Shown here: piece by piece, positions 38,292 to 49,200 of the stretch | Layout of the letters: each line of letters begins with the position of its first letter | Numbering within the stretch: the first letter of the stretch is position 1 | Source: Mobula hypostoma | Lineage: Eukaryota | Length of the DNA: 64,000 nucleotides | NCBI RefSeq assembly: GCF_963921235.1 | Contig: NC_086109.1 | Span: 11,594,001-11,658,000 of the forward strand | Direction: 5' to 3' | Notes under the pieces: generated by a model | Told to the model about the DNA's origin: nothing | Database searches by the model: none | Seen by the model: the letters and a program-made list of their open reading frames with translations, nothing else | Made by a program: the position numbers and the translations under genes

Positions 38292-38879
38292 GGTTTACCA
38301 CAGGAATGTTATCTTCAAAGGATGGAGAAAACAAGGGGTGAAGGAATACATAAGCTGTATTCTGGAACAGGAAACAGGACTTTAAAAAATTTAAATGCAG
38401 CCATGTGGGCAAATGTTTTAAGTGTATACTTGGCTTCGTATCACTGAATCAGGATTGGGAGGGGAAACTTCAAAGACTACCAGTATATGGCAGCATGAAG
38501 AGGGGTGGGTGGATAGGGAATGGGTAGGAGATGATATAGGGTGAACAAGTTGTGAGGAAAGAATGGGAAAGGTGAAAAAAAGGAGAAGCTATCTAGGTGG
38601 ACAGGTGAGTGCGTGTGGCAGGAGAGCACCTGCTCAGTGGGTTATCTGACAATTCAATGCTCATACTCCTGTGTTGTAAGCTCTGCTGGAAGATTTGAGT
38701 TGTGCAACTGCCTATTTCAGATGAAGTGTTGATAATTAGCAGAAGTGAGTAATAGCCCCATCTTCTTCGAATGTAAAACTGGGAAGTAACTGTGATGCTT
38801 CCTCATTCCTCATTTGCTTTCAACAGACAATTGTGTCTACTGTGAGGGTCCTGTGGTTCAGATTTTTTTAAAGATAAAG

Positions 38880-39150
38880 ATTAGCTTTATTTGTCACATG
38901 TATGGTGAAATGTGTCATTTGCATCAACGACCAACACAGTCTGAGGATATGCTGGGACAGCCCATAATTGTCATTGTACTTCAAACGCCAACATAGCATG
39001 ACCACAACTGACTAATTCTAACCCATGTCTTTGGAATGTGGGAAGAAACTGGAACAGTGGAGGAAACACCCACAGTGAAGCAAAGAAAGTATAAAGTCCT
39101 TACAGACAGTGGCGGGAATTGAACACCAATGATTGACTGCTAGTGACTGC
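38880..39150 (-). mobile_element. tRNA-derived SINE
   Basis: cagtggcgggaattgaacacc head, tctttggaatgtgggaagaaactgga V-type domain. Confidence 0.55.
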
Positions 39151-39879
39151 ATTGCCTGACCTGCTATGTGACATGTCTGTGTTAATTCAGTGGGCGATAC
39201 TCTGGGGCCACAGAGCCAGAACAATATTGGTTCAGATCCCATGCCAGAATCCTGAGCACGGAGGGAGTTCAGAACTTTCAGAGGTGCTGTCTGACACTTT
39301 GATGAGACTGATAGCTGAGAGGCTGTCTGCTCTCTCAAAACCCTGAGAAAGTTCACCTGACAAGATTTTAATAATAGGGTAGGAAAGGTACTCCTTTTTC
39401 TATGCCAGGAATTATCCCTGCACCCAGGGAAAACAAGGCAGGCAGTATGGACATCCACTCGTTGCTGTTTGCAGGAGCTTTCCGGGCAGAAGTTGCCTTC
39501 CTCTTTCCTGCGTCTGCGGCGGTCACTGAAGGAAGTCAAGAAGTCAGCACAATATTAGGAGCCTGTACGACTGTGAGTTGATAGTCTTTAGCTCAAAGCC
39601 CCAGTGCTGAGAGCAACGTTGTGGCTTACTGACTTTTGTCCACTCAATTGATCAGAGTTTTTCAAATGACTTATTGCTAATTATAAGGAACATCATTGTT
39701 TTTCCAAAAAAAAAAGAGATTTGGTTGATATGGAATCCACAGACACATGCATGACCGATACAACAGTTCCCATAGTCTGGGCCATTGCAGGTGGGTGAAT
39801 TCACCCTCCCTCCAAGAGAAGCACAGCCTTGTTGTGGTTTGGAGGCTTGCATGTCTCACTAACCAGAGAGCTATGCTGG

Positions 39880-40150
39880 CTGGATTGATGGATTTATGCT
39901 ACGGCTCTTGGTAGTGTCTCCATGGCAAGCATGTCAAAGGGTAGAGGACAGACTAAGAGTGGTCCCAACGGTCCTCCAGATTTGGGAGCTTAGCTCAGGG
40001 CTAACAACCATGACTGGGAAAACAAAACTGTTATGGAAACCACAATGAAGAATCCTTCTACATCTGTGTGCAGTGGTGGCCAAACACAGACAGAGATGGA
40101 GGACCTTCATTGCTGCTCTCAACACCAATAGTGAAATGGGCAGTAAGTAG
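39880..40150 (+). mobile_element. Short RTE-derived element
   Basis: gctcagggctaacaacc..aaaacaaaactgttatggaaac 5' motif joined to a gatggaggaccttcattgctgc..gggcagtaagtag 3' end. Confidence 0.45.
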
Positions 40151-41510
40151 GAATTCTTAACTCTGTGCTTCAACTGTGTTGAATCAGTTGTGTCCCTGAG
40201 CTGTCTTTAAGTTGGTCACTTTGTTCAGACAATAATGAAAGAAACCAGTTTCTCATTCTTGAAACAAATCAATTTATTTCTCGGCTCCCCAGCCGTTCCA
40301 CCATGGGCAATGACCCAAACAGGAGTGTGTTGTAACAACCTCTACTTAGCTGATTGATGCATCTCCAAGAACGTTCCAGATTCTCAACCATCACCTACTA
40401 GACATTTGTCTGTTTAACTTGATTTCCATCCATTATCCCCACACATTCCCTTCCTGCATGATGGATGCACTGTAACCACACTCTCCTCAAAGTATCTGGA
40501 ATTAAGCTGTCCAGGATTCTTCAACTTACCATGTGTTGCTGAAAAATATATCTGAATCTGAGGATCTTCCAGTTTACTGCTCTTGAACTCTGGGCAATAA
40601 CCCCTTACACGGAATACCAGACCATGCAGAGAAGATATATCCATGAACTACTTTCTTGGAAAGGTAAACTATTTCCACTTCAATCAGAAACAAATATTTC
40701 CCTGTCCCCTGATTTCAAAAGGAGGAAACCCTGCCTCCCTGTCCAGCTCCAAGCCACTTTCTGAGTGTTTTTCTGGAAAATGATCAGCTCTGTATATATG
40801 ATGCCCTGTCTAACCATTGTACCAAGTAGAATTGAGTCTGGGACAGGGCATTTAGTTCCTGGAAATTAGCAACCCATGGGACCTCTTTAATTGACCTTAT
40901 TGGGATGACAGGTCGCTCCAGCATTAGACAAGCCCAACCCAGGCTGCTTCCTGATAGCCTGAAATGACATTGTTTGTGCTCTGGGCTAGCTCACATCAAT
41001 ATTATTTAATTCCAGCATCTCATAGAAGATTGGCCGGTCAGTTTTGGGAAGTGCAGCTGACACTGAACAGGCTCTGGGGTCTGGAGAGTCATCGGGGATA
41101 TGTTGTCCTTATTTTGGTTCTTCAGCTGCAGCCTCACCAGTGATCCTCCTGGTCATCTGGCTCAACAGTTGTAAGATCACTTATCACCCAATCTATGGAG
41201 CTGGAGCTGTCCTGGTGATATAGAGGCCTAACACACTGGTTTCACAGTAAAAATGACACTGTACTAACACAATTCCATTCAGATAGAGATTATCCCTTAC
41301 AATATGGGACACTTGGCATCTCTTGAAGCTCTGAAATACGGAGACTTCCAGTTCTGAACCCCTCATCATCTCTAATTTGTACCTTCCATGGCCCAGATCC
41401 TGAGTTATTGGAATTCCTTCCCTACAGCTCTCTGGGTCACTTTAAATGCTTGTTAAATCCCACCAGATTGTTTTTGGTCACCTGTGACTCCATGACAAAA
41501 ATTGTCAGAC

Positions 41511-42611
41511 TGTCATGGTCCAGTCTGTGAGGTCTGTGTTCCGGTCCCCGGTCCGGTCCTTGGACTCCGGACTCCGGGTCTTCCGGATGTCCCTTGTTTC
41601 AGTTGGGCTTAATCATAGGCACCTGATGCTCGTCTTGGGGCTGGGAATATAAGTGGCCCTGGGACTGAGTGTGGTTGCTGGCTTGTCTTGTCAGTATCCT
41701 GTCCTCACCTCTGTGGGGTAAGTCAGGCTGGCTTTGTTGTACCCTGCGGTTGGATCTGACCCTTCCTGATCTTGCCTCTGTTGGGTAAGCCAGGCCCCCT
41801 TCTCTCCCCCCCCCCCCCGAGCCTTGCCTGCAACCTTGTCAAGTTCTGCCACTGGAGTGAGACTGGAGCCTTGCTGTGTCAAGATAAGGAACTGTCTATA
41901 GTTGAGTTGGAACTGTATCTGTGTCCACGCCCTCGCTAGGTAGGTTCGGCTATTTGCCGCTACCTAGTGTTGGGAACTGTCTTGTCGTGTTCAGCATTCT
42001 GTGTAGAGTCCCAGCCCTCAGTCCTGTTCTCAAGGAGGAGTCCTGGCTCTGTGTTCCATGTCCCTGTGTTCCTGTCTCTCAAGTCCAAGGCTCTGTGTTC
42101 CTGTGCTCTAGACCAAGCTCTGTGTTTCTGTCCTCCCCAAGACTAAGGCTCTGTGTTGTGTGTTCCTGTCATCCCAAGTCCAAGGTTCCTAGGTTCCTGT
42201 CATCGCAAATCCAAGGCTCTGCTATTCCTGAGTACCAAGTCAAAGCTTTGTGTTCTCGTCCTGTGCTGGATTCCCTCGTCCTGTGCCGGAGTTCCCTCTT
42301 CTTGCCCAAGAGTCTCTCGTTCTGTCCTGTAGCCTCGCCTAGTTCTGTCTCCCAGGACCACGTCATGTCTTCACCTAGTTCTGGGGTCCGAGCCCGAGTC
42401 AAGACTCAGGTTCTGGGTCCTTCTCCAGTCTCTGGCTCGGAGTCCAAGCCCAGGCTCCTAGTTCCCAGTTCCTTGTCCTGGTCCCACTTGCCTAGCCAAT
42501 GTCCTAGTTCAAGTCTGTGTTCTTGTCCCAGGTCTCTAGTCAAGTCCTGTTCCTAGTTCTTCAGTATCTATGTCTTGCATTTGGATCCGCCAACCACACC
42601 CCCTTATGACA
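41511..42611. mobile_element. Solo LTR (1.1 kb) with internal ctgtgttcctgt-type repeats
   Basis: Terminal inverted TGTCAT...ATGACA; perfect 5-bp TSD CAGAC (41506-10/42612-16). Confidence 0.85.
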
Positions 42612-43152
42612 CAGACAATGTTACTTCAGTCTTTACCATGACATTCTAGGTGCTATGGAAATGAAATTTGTTGTTGTCTTATTACAAAGGATTGTTCAAA
42701 CATTACAAAATCCAGTCACTGTATCCACTCCGGATTATTTTGACGAACATCATTTGCTTTGGTTGCGCTGGGTTTTACAAACTCATACAGTAAAAATGGA
42801 AAATAATGCATCGTATTGAGAGCAGCTTGTGAGATCAATCAAAACACACAAAATGCTGGAAGAACTCATCAGGTCAGGCAGCATCCATGGAGGGGAATAG
42901 TCAAATTTCTGGCTGAGCGACTTCATCGATCTCATGTTGAAATATCAACACTTTATTTCTCTCTGTAGATACTGCCTGACCTGTTGAGTTCATCCAGCAT
43001 TTTGTGTGTGCTACTCTGCATTTCCAGCACCTGAAGAATCCCTTGTGTTCAAGTCAGTTCTGGTGATTTTCTGGATCTTAATCAGTGTCTGCAAATGCTG
43101 CACTAACCTATCTGTGGATTTACAAAATTCTGGAATCTGGTCAATAAGAAAT

Positions 43153-43291
43153 CTACTGGAGGAATACAACGGGTTCAGCTGTATCTGTGGTGTGAAAATA
43201 TGCTGTCGCCATTTTGGGTCGAGACCCTGCATTAGGACCGATCCATCTGTGTTGTGGGTTCTGTTTTTCAGGGCACGTCGCACCAGCCTGT
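43153..43291 (-). CDS. Gene B cytoplasmic/terminal exon (QAGATCPEKQNPQHRWIGPNAGSRPKMATAYFHTTDTAEPVVFLQ*)
   Basis: Acceptor ttttctgtttttctag|A in phase 2; shares EKQN with the gene A tail; TAG at 43153-43155. Confidence 0.75.
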
Positions 43292-46200
43292 CTAGAAAAA
43301 CAGAAAATCCAGTGTTAGGGATTGAGGGATGAGAAGGATCAGAATAGTTGATGATATTTCTCTTCAGCAAACACTAGTGATAATTTCCTTATGTGGGTGC
43401 TGGAACAATGCAATAAGGACTCTGCAGTGGTGGGTGTTGATGCTGTGGGGTTGGGCCATTCTGTATCTGCCTGGGGAAACTGAAAATATGTGGTGGTAGT
43501 GTAAAGTTGTCTGAGCTGGAGGTTGGGTGGAGCGATAAAGGATTGCGGATGGCTTACTTCCGTGAGTGAGGCTCCATTTAGGAGTTAAAGATTAGCTTTA
43601 TTTCACACAAGTACATCGAAACGTAAAAACGTACAGTGAAATACGCCATTTGTGTCATCGACCAACACAGTCTGAGGATGGTGCTGGGGGCAGCCCACAA
43701 GTGTCACTGCTCTTCTGACGCCAACACAGCATGTCCACACCTCAGTAACCCAAACACCTCCATCTTTGGAAAGGGGGAGGGACACCAATGTGGTAACAGG
43801 GAGAACTTAAATATCCTCACAGCAGCGGGAATTGAACCGCGATCGGTGATCACTGGTGCTGTAAGATGTCGAACTAAGCATTATGCTATCGTCTTTCCTT
43901 AGTCTATTGAGCTACGTGAGATACTTGGCCAGTGGTGAAACTAAATTGGGTATGAGTGGAGCTGTGTGAGCAGGATCCCTGGTGCATGTGAGGAGCATTT
44001 TACATCTCCAAATGCCTAGTAACCTCTGTGGCCCTGAAAAGCTAAGCATAACATGTGGAGTATGTTAACTTAACTATTATATTGTTTTAATGTGTATCCT
44101 TTAACTGTTACTTTCAGCCACTTTAAGACATTTAACCATTAATGGATCTCCACCGTCATTTCACTCTAATCGTTAGTTTGCAGTTACAGATGCTTATGTG
44201 ACACTCTGAATTAATTAGCAAGGACTAATTTGAAGCTTCCACTTTTAATTGTGATTCATACGACGTGGAAGTGATGGGGTTGGAAACAATATACCTTTGA
44301 AAAGCTGTCATGCAAAGTATCGAAACAGTGCAAAGAAGCAGAGCTCCGAGGAGTATCCAACGGGTCAGAGTCCAAACATGATGAATTATTGACACATAGT
44401 TCCTGATGAACCAAGAAAATATCATTAGTTACACACAGAGTAATCAGTAAGTGCCACTGAGAAATGCATTTTATCGAATACGTGTTATCAGCAAATGATA
44501 GATACATTTTATTAAAATGGTTCAAAAAGCCAGGTCACTGAAGAATATTAACTGGATCACAGCCAAATCATGGTGAATTTTCAACTCACAGACACTGATG
44601 GAGAAAGGAAACATAATTAACAACACGCAGAGAATTCTGTAACAGTTGGGAAACGCCTTGTCCTCACATTGCACATGAAATCATTCAACGTGATGCATGG
44701 AGTATCGAGCAGTCTGCTGGTTGAGTGCTGATTCTCCAACCTATGCCCATGCCTTGGAACTGTCGCACTGCCAGTGAAACTGAGTGAAATTAATGTTATC
44801 ATATCTATGTATATATTTCTATATACTTAATGCACACTAGACCTTGTTTCCCCATCACAGTGCATAGCGGAGATAAATATAGTCAGCAACTGTGACGCTG
44901 AGGCTGTGAGGTCGCTCCAGCTGCTCTGTTTCGCGTTTGCGAACCTTGCGGCGATTCGCCCTGGTAACATGATGAGCTGATACCTAGTCTTTGAGCCTAC
45001 TCTGGGGATTTGGATCTAAGGACTCAACTTGGTACAAAATGCTGCTGTTGTTCCTCGCTTCTTTTGTTTGCACGATTTGTTTTTTTTTTCTCTTTTTCTA
45101 TGCATTGAAGGTTGGTCTTTACTTTTTAAAATTGGATTCTTTTGGGTTTCTTGCTTTGTGGCTGCCAAGGCTATATAATCTATACATTCTTTGATAATAA
45201 GTGTACTTGGAATCTTTGAACTTTACCAGCGATCAGAGTGATTTCATGTTGAATACTGATGTATATTTACTGGGTTGTTTTCCCCTTCCTTGAACCTTTT
45301 GTGTGCAGACAATCCTGCTGGAGTAAAGTCCACCATGTTGGTGTTCTGCCAGAATTATTCCTGGATAGCCCCAGGAGAGGAAGATCAGGTTGCAGAGACT
45401 GTTCTTCAGGCATTTTCTTCTCAATGTGTTGAAAAGAGGGAATTTCTGCTGTGTACAATGAGGTGCAACTAAGGCAAAGAAAATGCTCATCATGAAATCA
45501 CTGTGATCTTTGGTTGGGTTGTTCACCAAGCCCGGAGGTTAGGTCGCAAAGGTTTCGTGTCCAGTCGAGGTGACAACATCAATACGCAATTTGGGTGTTT
45601 CTGCCGAGTGCTCGCAGAAGCACAAAACAAGAAAACAAGAGAATTCTTAAAAGTTTGGTTCTCAACAGAAGACTCTATTAACAAGCATATTGGACTAGAT
45701 GCAAATTACGAACCTGTGTCTGTGGGATCGGGGGCAAGGGAACACCCAAGGAACCACCGATCAGTGACTGCTAACCAGGGACATGGGCCAGCAAGCCAGT
45801 GGTGATCACTCAGCTATCTGTTTCGCTTGGACCTAGTGTAAACTAGTGGCCAGTGCGACAGCCTACCTATCAGAACTCTGAGTCAGACCAATACAAACGC
45901 AAGCATTCGGCAGAAACAGCACTCATTTGCACACTGATGATGTCATCTCGACTGCTGTTGTAACATTTGCGACCCAACCGCCAGGCTCAGTGAACAGCTC
46001 TACAAACAAGCAGCCAACCTGAGCTACCGTCTACTCTTTCCTTTCAAGTCACTGCGATCACTGGAAAAATTGCTGACTATATTCATCTTGAGCTGTCCTG
46101 AGAGTACTGCAACATTGAGGTAAAGCTGTGGAAGTCTGAGTTGGCCCATGAAATGGCTGATCTGATCTGAATCAATGAAGCAAAAGTCTCAGTGGATCCT

Positions 46201-49200
46201 TCTAACCTGGTGGGAATTCCGTTCTGAGATGAGCTGGTCCACGTGGTTGCATTAGTAGTTTCCATGGTGCTTGCCTCATTTTCTGGAGGGTAAAGTAGAC
46301 AAAATATCTGAATATTGAAAGTTTGAAAGCAGCTTCTATCCCATCTCCATGAAGTGTGGGCAGTGCCCCACTTAGGTCACTTGCTCAGTGCCTGAAGGTC
46401 CTTGGTTCAAATCTTACTGCAGATGGTCATTGTGGTTCCCTCCTGACAAGGCCATCTTCATACAGGCTAAGCCCTATGAGCTCTCAAACATTCCCCAACT
46501 TCTATCATGAGCCTCAGTCTGGTTAGACATCGCCAGTGGAAGCACCGTTGTGTGACTTGCAGCTGTGTCTGACCTAGGAAGGGTGGGGCAATCAAGGGGT
46601 TGTGGCTGATAGGACAATGTGCAAGAGACCTGGCAATCATTCCTTTCAATTTGGAGAGTTTATTTCTTGTGAGAGTCCATGCTTGCGTTGTCTTCAGTTA
46701 TTAGAGAAAAAGGGTGACAATATATTCCTGATTTTTGGGACGCTCCCAGAGGTTCCTGAATTTGGGGCACTCTCAGGGAGATTCTTTGGCCATTCTTTGT
46801 CCCTGGTCATAGAATGTTGCTGAGAGTGTCCCAAATTCAGGAAAATCTCTGGTGCAGCAAGGACCACATCTAACCTCTTCACCTAAGGATGTCCACTGCT
46901 GTCATTACTTTGCCCCTGTGGCTGGAGTCTTGGAGCTGGTCACCAATCTAGATCCCACTGACACAGCATTCCTGTATCGGACTGAGGAGTGGGGTGAAGG
47001 TAGAGGGGCTCTGAGCCCAATCTGTCCACTGCTGGTACAGGGAACAGGCCTGACATAGAAACATAGAAAACCTACAGCACAATACAGGGTTGTGCCGAAC
47101 ATGTCCCTACCTTAGAAATTACTAGACTTACCTATAGCCCTCTATTTTACTAAGCTCCATGTACCTATCTAAAAGTCTCTTAAAAGACCCTATTGTATCT
47201 ACCTCCCCCACAGTTGCCGGCGGCCCATTCCACGCACTCACCACTGAGAAAAAAAACTTACCCCTGACATCTCCTCCGTACCTACTTCCAAGCACCTTAA
47301 AACTGTGTCCTCTCGTGCTAGACATTTCAGCTTTGGGAAAAAGCCTCTAACTATCCACAGGATCTATGCCTCTCATCATCTTATACACCTCTATCAGGTC
47401 ACCTCTCATCCTCCATTGCTCCAAGGAAAAAAGACCAAGTTCATTCAACCTATTCTGATAAGGCATGCTCCCCAGTCCAGGCAACATCCTTGTAAATCTC
47501 CTCTGCACACTTTCTATGGCTTCCACGTCCTTCCTGTAGTGAGGCAACCAGAACTGAGCACAGTACTCCAAGTAGGGTCTGACCAGGGTCCTATATAGCT
47601 GCAATATTACCTCTCAGCTCCCAAATTCAATTCCACGATTGATGAATGCCAATACACCGTACGTGTTCTTAACCACAGAGACAACCTGCACAGCTGCTTT
47701 GAGGGCCCTATGGACTTAGACCCCAAGATCCCTCTGATCCTCCACACTGCCAAGAGTCTTACCATTAATACTATATTCTGCCATCATATTTGACTTGCCA
47801 AAATGAACCACCTCACACTTATCTGGGTTGAACTCCATCTGCCACTTCTCAGCCCAGTTTTGCATCCTATCAATGTCCTGCTGTAAACTCTGACAGCCCT
47901 CCACACTATCCGCAACACACCCAACCTTTGTGTCATCAGCAGACTTACTAACCCATCCCTCTACTTCCTCATCCAGGTTATTTATAAAAATCATGAAAAG
48001 TAAGGGTCCTAGAACAGATCCTTGAGGCACTCCACTGGTGACTGACCTCCATGCAGAATATGATCCATCTACAACTATTCTTTGCCTTCTGTGGGCAAGC
48101 CAGTTCTGGATCCACAAAGCAATGTCCCCTTGGATCCCATGCCTCCTTACTTTCTTAAGCCTGGCATGGGGTACCTTATCAAGTGCCTTGCTGAAATCCA
48201 TATACACTACATCTACTGCTCTTTCTTCATCAATGTGTTTAGTCACATCCTAAAAAAATTCAATTAGACTCGTAAGGCATGACCTGCCCTTGACAAAGCC
48301 ATGATGACTACTCCTAATCGTATTATACCTCTCAAAATGTTCATAAATCCTGCCTCTCAGGATCTTCTCCATCAACTTACCAACCACTGAGGTAAGACTC
48401 ACTGGACTATAATTTCCTGGGCTATCTCTACTCCCTTCCTTGAATAAAGGAACAACATCTGCAACCCTCCAATCCTCCGGAACCTCTCCCGTCCCCATTG
48501 ATGATGCAAAGATCATTGCCAGAGGCTCAGCAATCTCCTCCCTCTCCTCCCACAGTAGCCTGGGGTACATCTTATTCGGTCCCAGCGACTTATCCAACTT
48601 GATGCTTTCCAAAAGCTCCAGCACATCCTCTTTCTTAATATCTACATGCTCAAGCTTTTCAGTCTGCTGCAAGTCATCACTACAATCATCAAGATCCTTT
48701 TCACAGTGAATACTGAAGTAAAGTATTCATTAAGTTCCTCTGCTATTTCCTCCTGTTCCATCCACACTTTCCCTCTGTCATAATTGATAGGTCCTATTTT
48801 TTTCATGTCTTATCCTCTTGCTTTTCACATACTTGTAGGATGCCTTGGAGTTTTCCTTAATCCTGCCCACCAAGGCCTTCTCATGGCCCCTTCTGGCTCT
48901 CCTAATTTCCTTCTTAAGCTTCTTCCTATTAGCCTCATAATCTTCTAGATTTCTAACATTACCTAGTTCTCTGAACCTTTTGTAAGCTTTTCTTTTCTTC
49001 TTGACTAGATTTATTACAGCCTTTGTACACCACAGTTCCTGTACCCTACCATAACCTCCCTGTCTCATTGGAATGTACCTATGCAGAACTCCACACAAAT
49101 ATCCCCTGAGTATTTCCCACATTTCTTCCATACATTTCCCTGAGAACATCTGTTTCCAATTTATGCCTCCAATTTCCTGCCTGATAGCCTCATAATTCCC

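Noticed and set aside
39018-39539. 173-aa minus-strand ORF
   Set aside because: No domain or splice logic, and it runs into a SINE.
39880-39970. Possible second HDV-like ribozyme (ggcaag...gactaa-gagtggt) in a short RTE-derived element
   Set aside because: I could not identify matching P1 and P2 5' strands in this copy; too decayed or truncated.
41126-41170. Plus-strand 45-nt AG/GT-bounded segment coding AASPVILLVIWLNS
   Set aside because: No in-frame ATG, no partner exons and no paralog; consistent with chance.
41921-42556. 211-aa Ser/Val/Pro/Cys-rich ORF
   Set aside because: It arises from low-complexity repeats inside the solo LTR.
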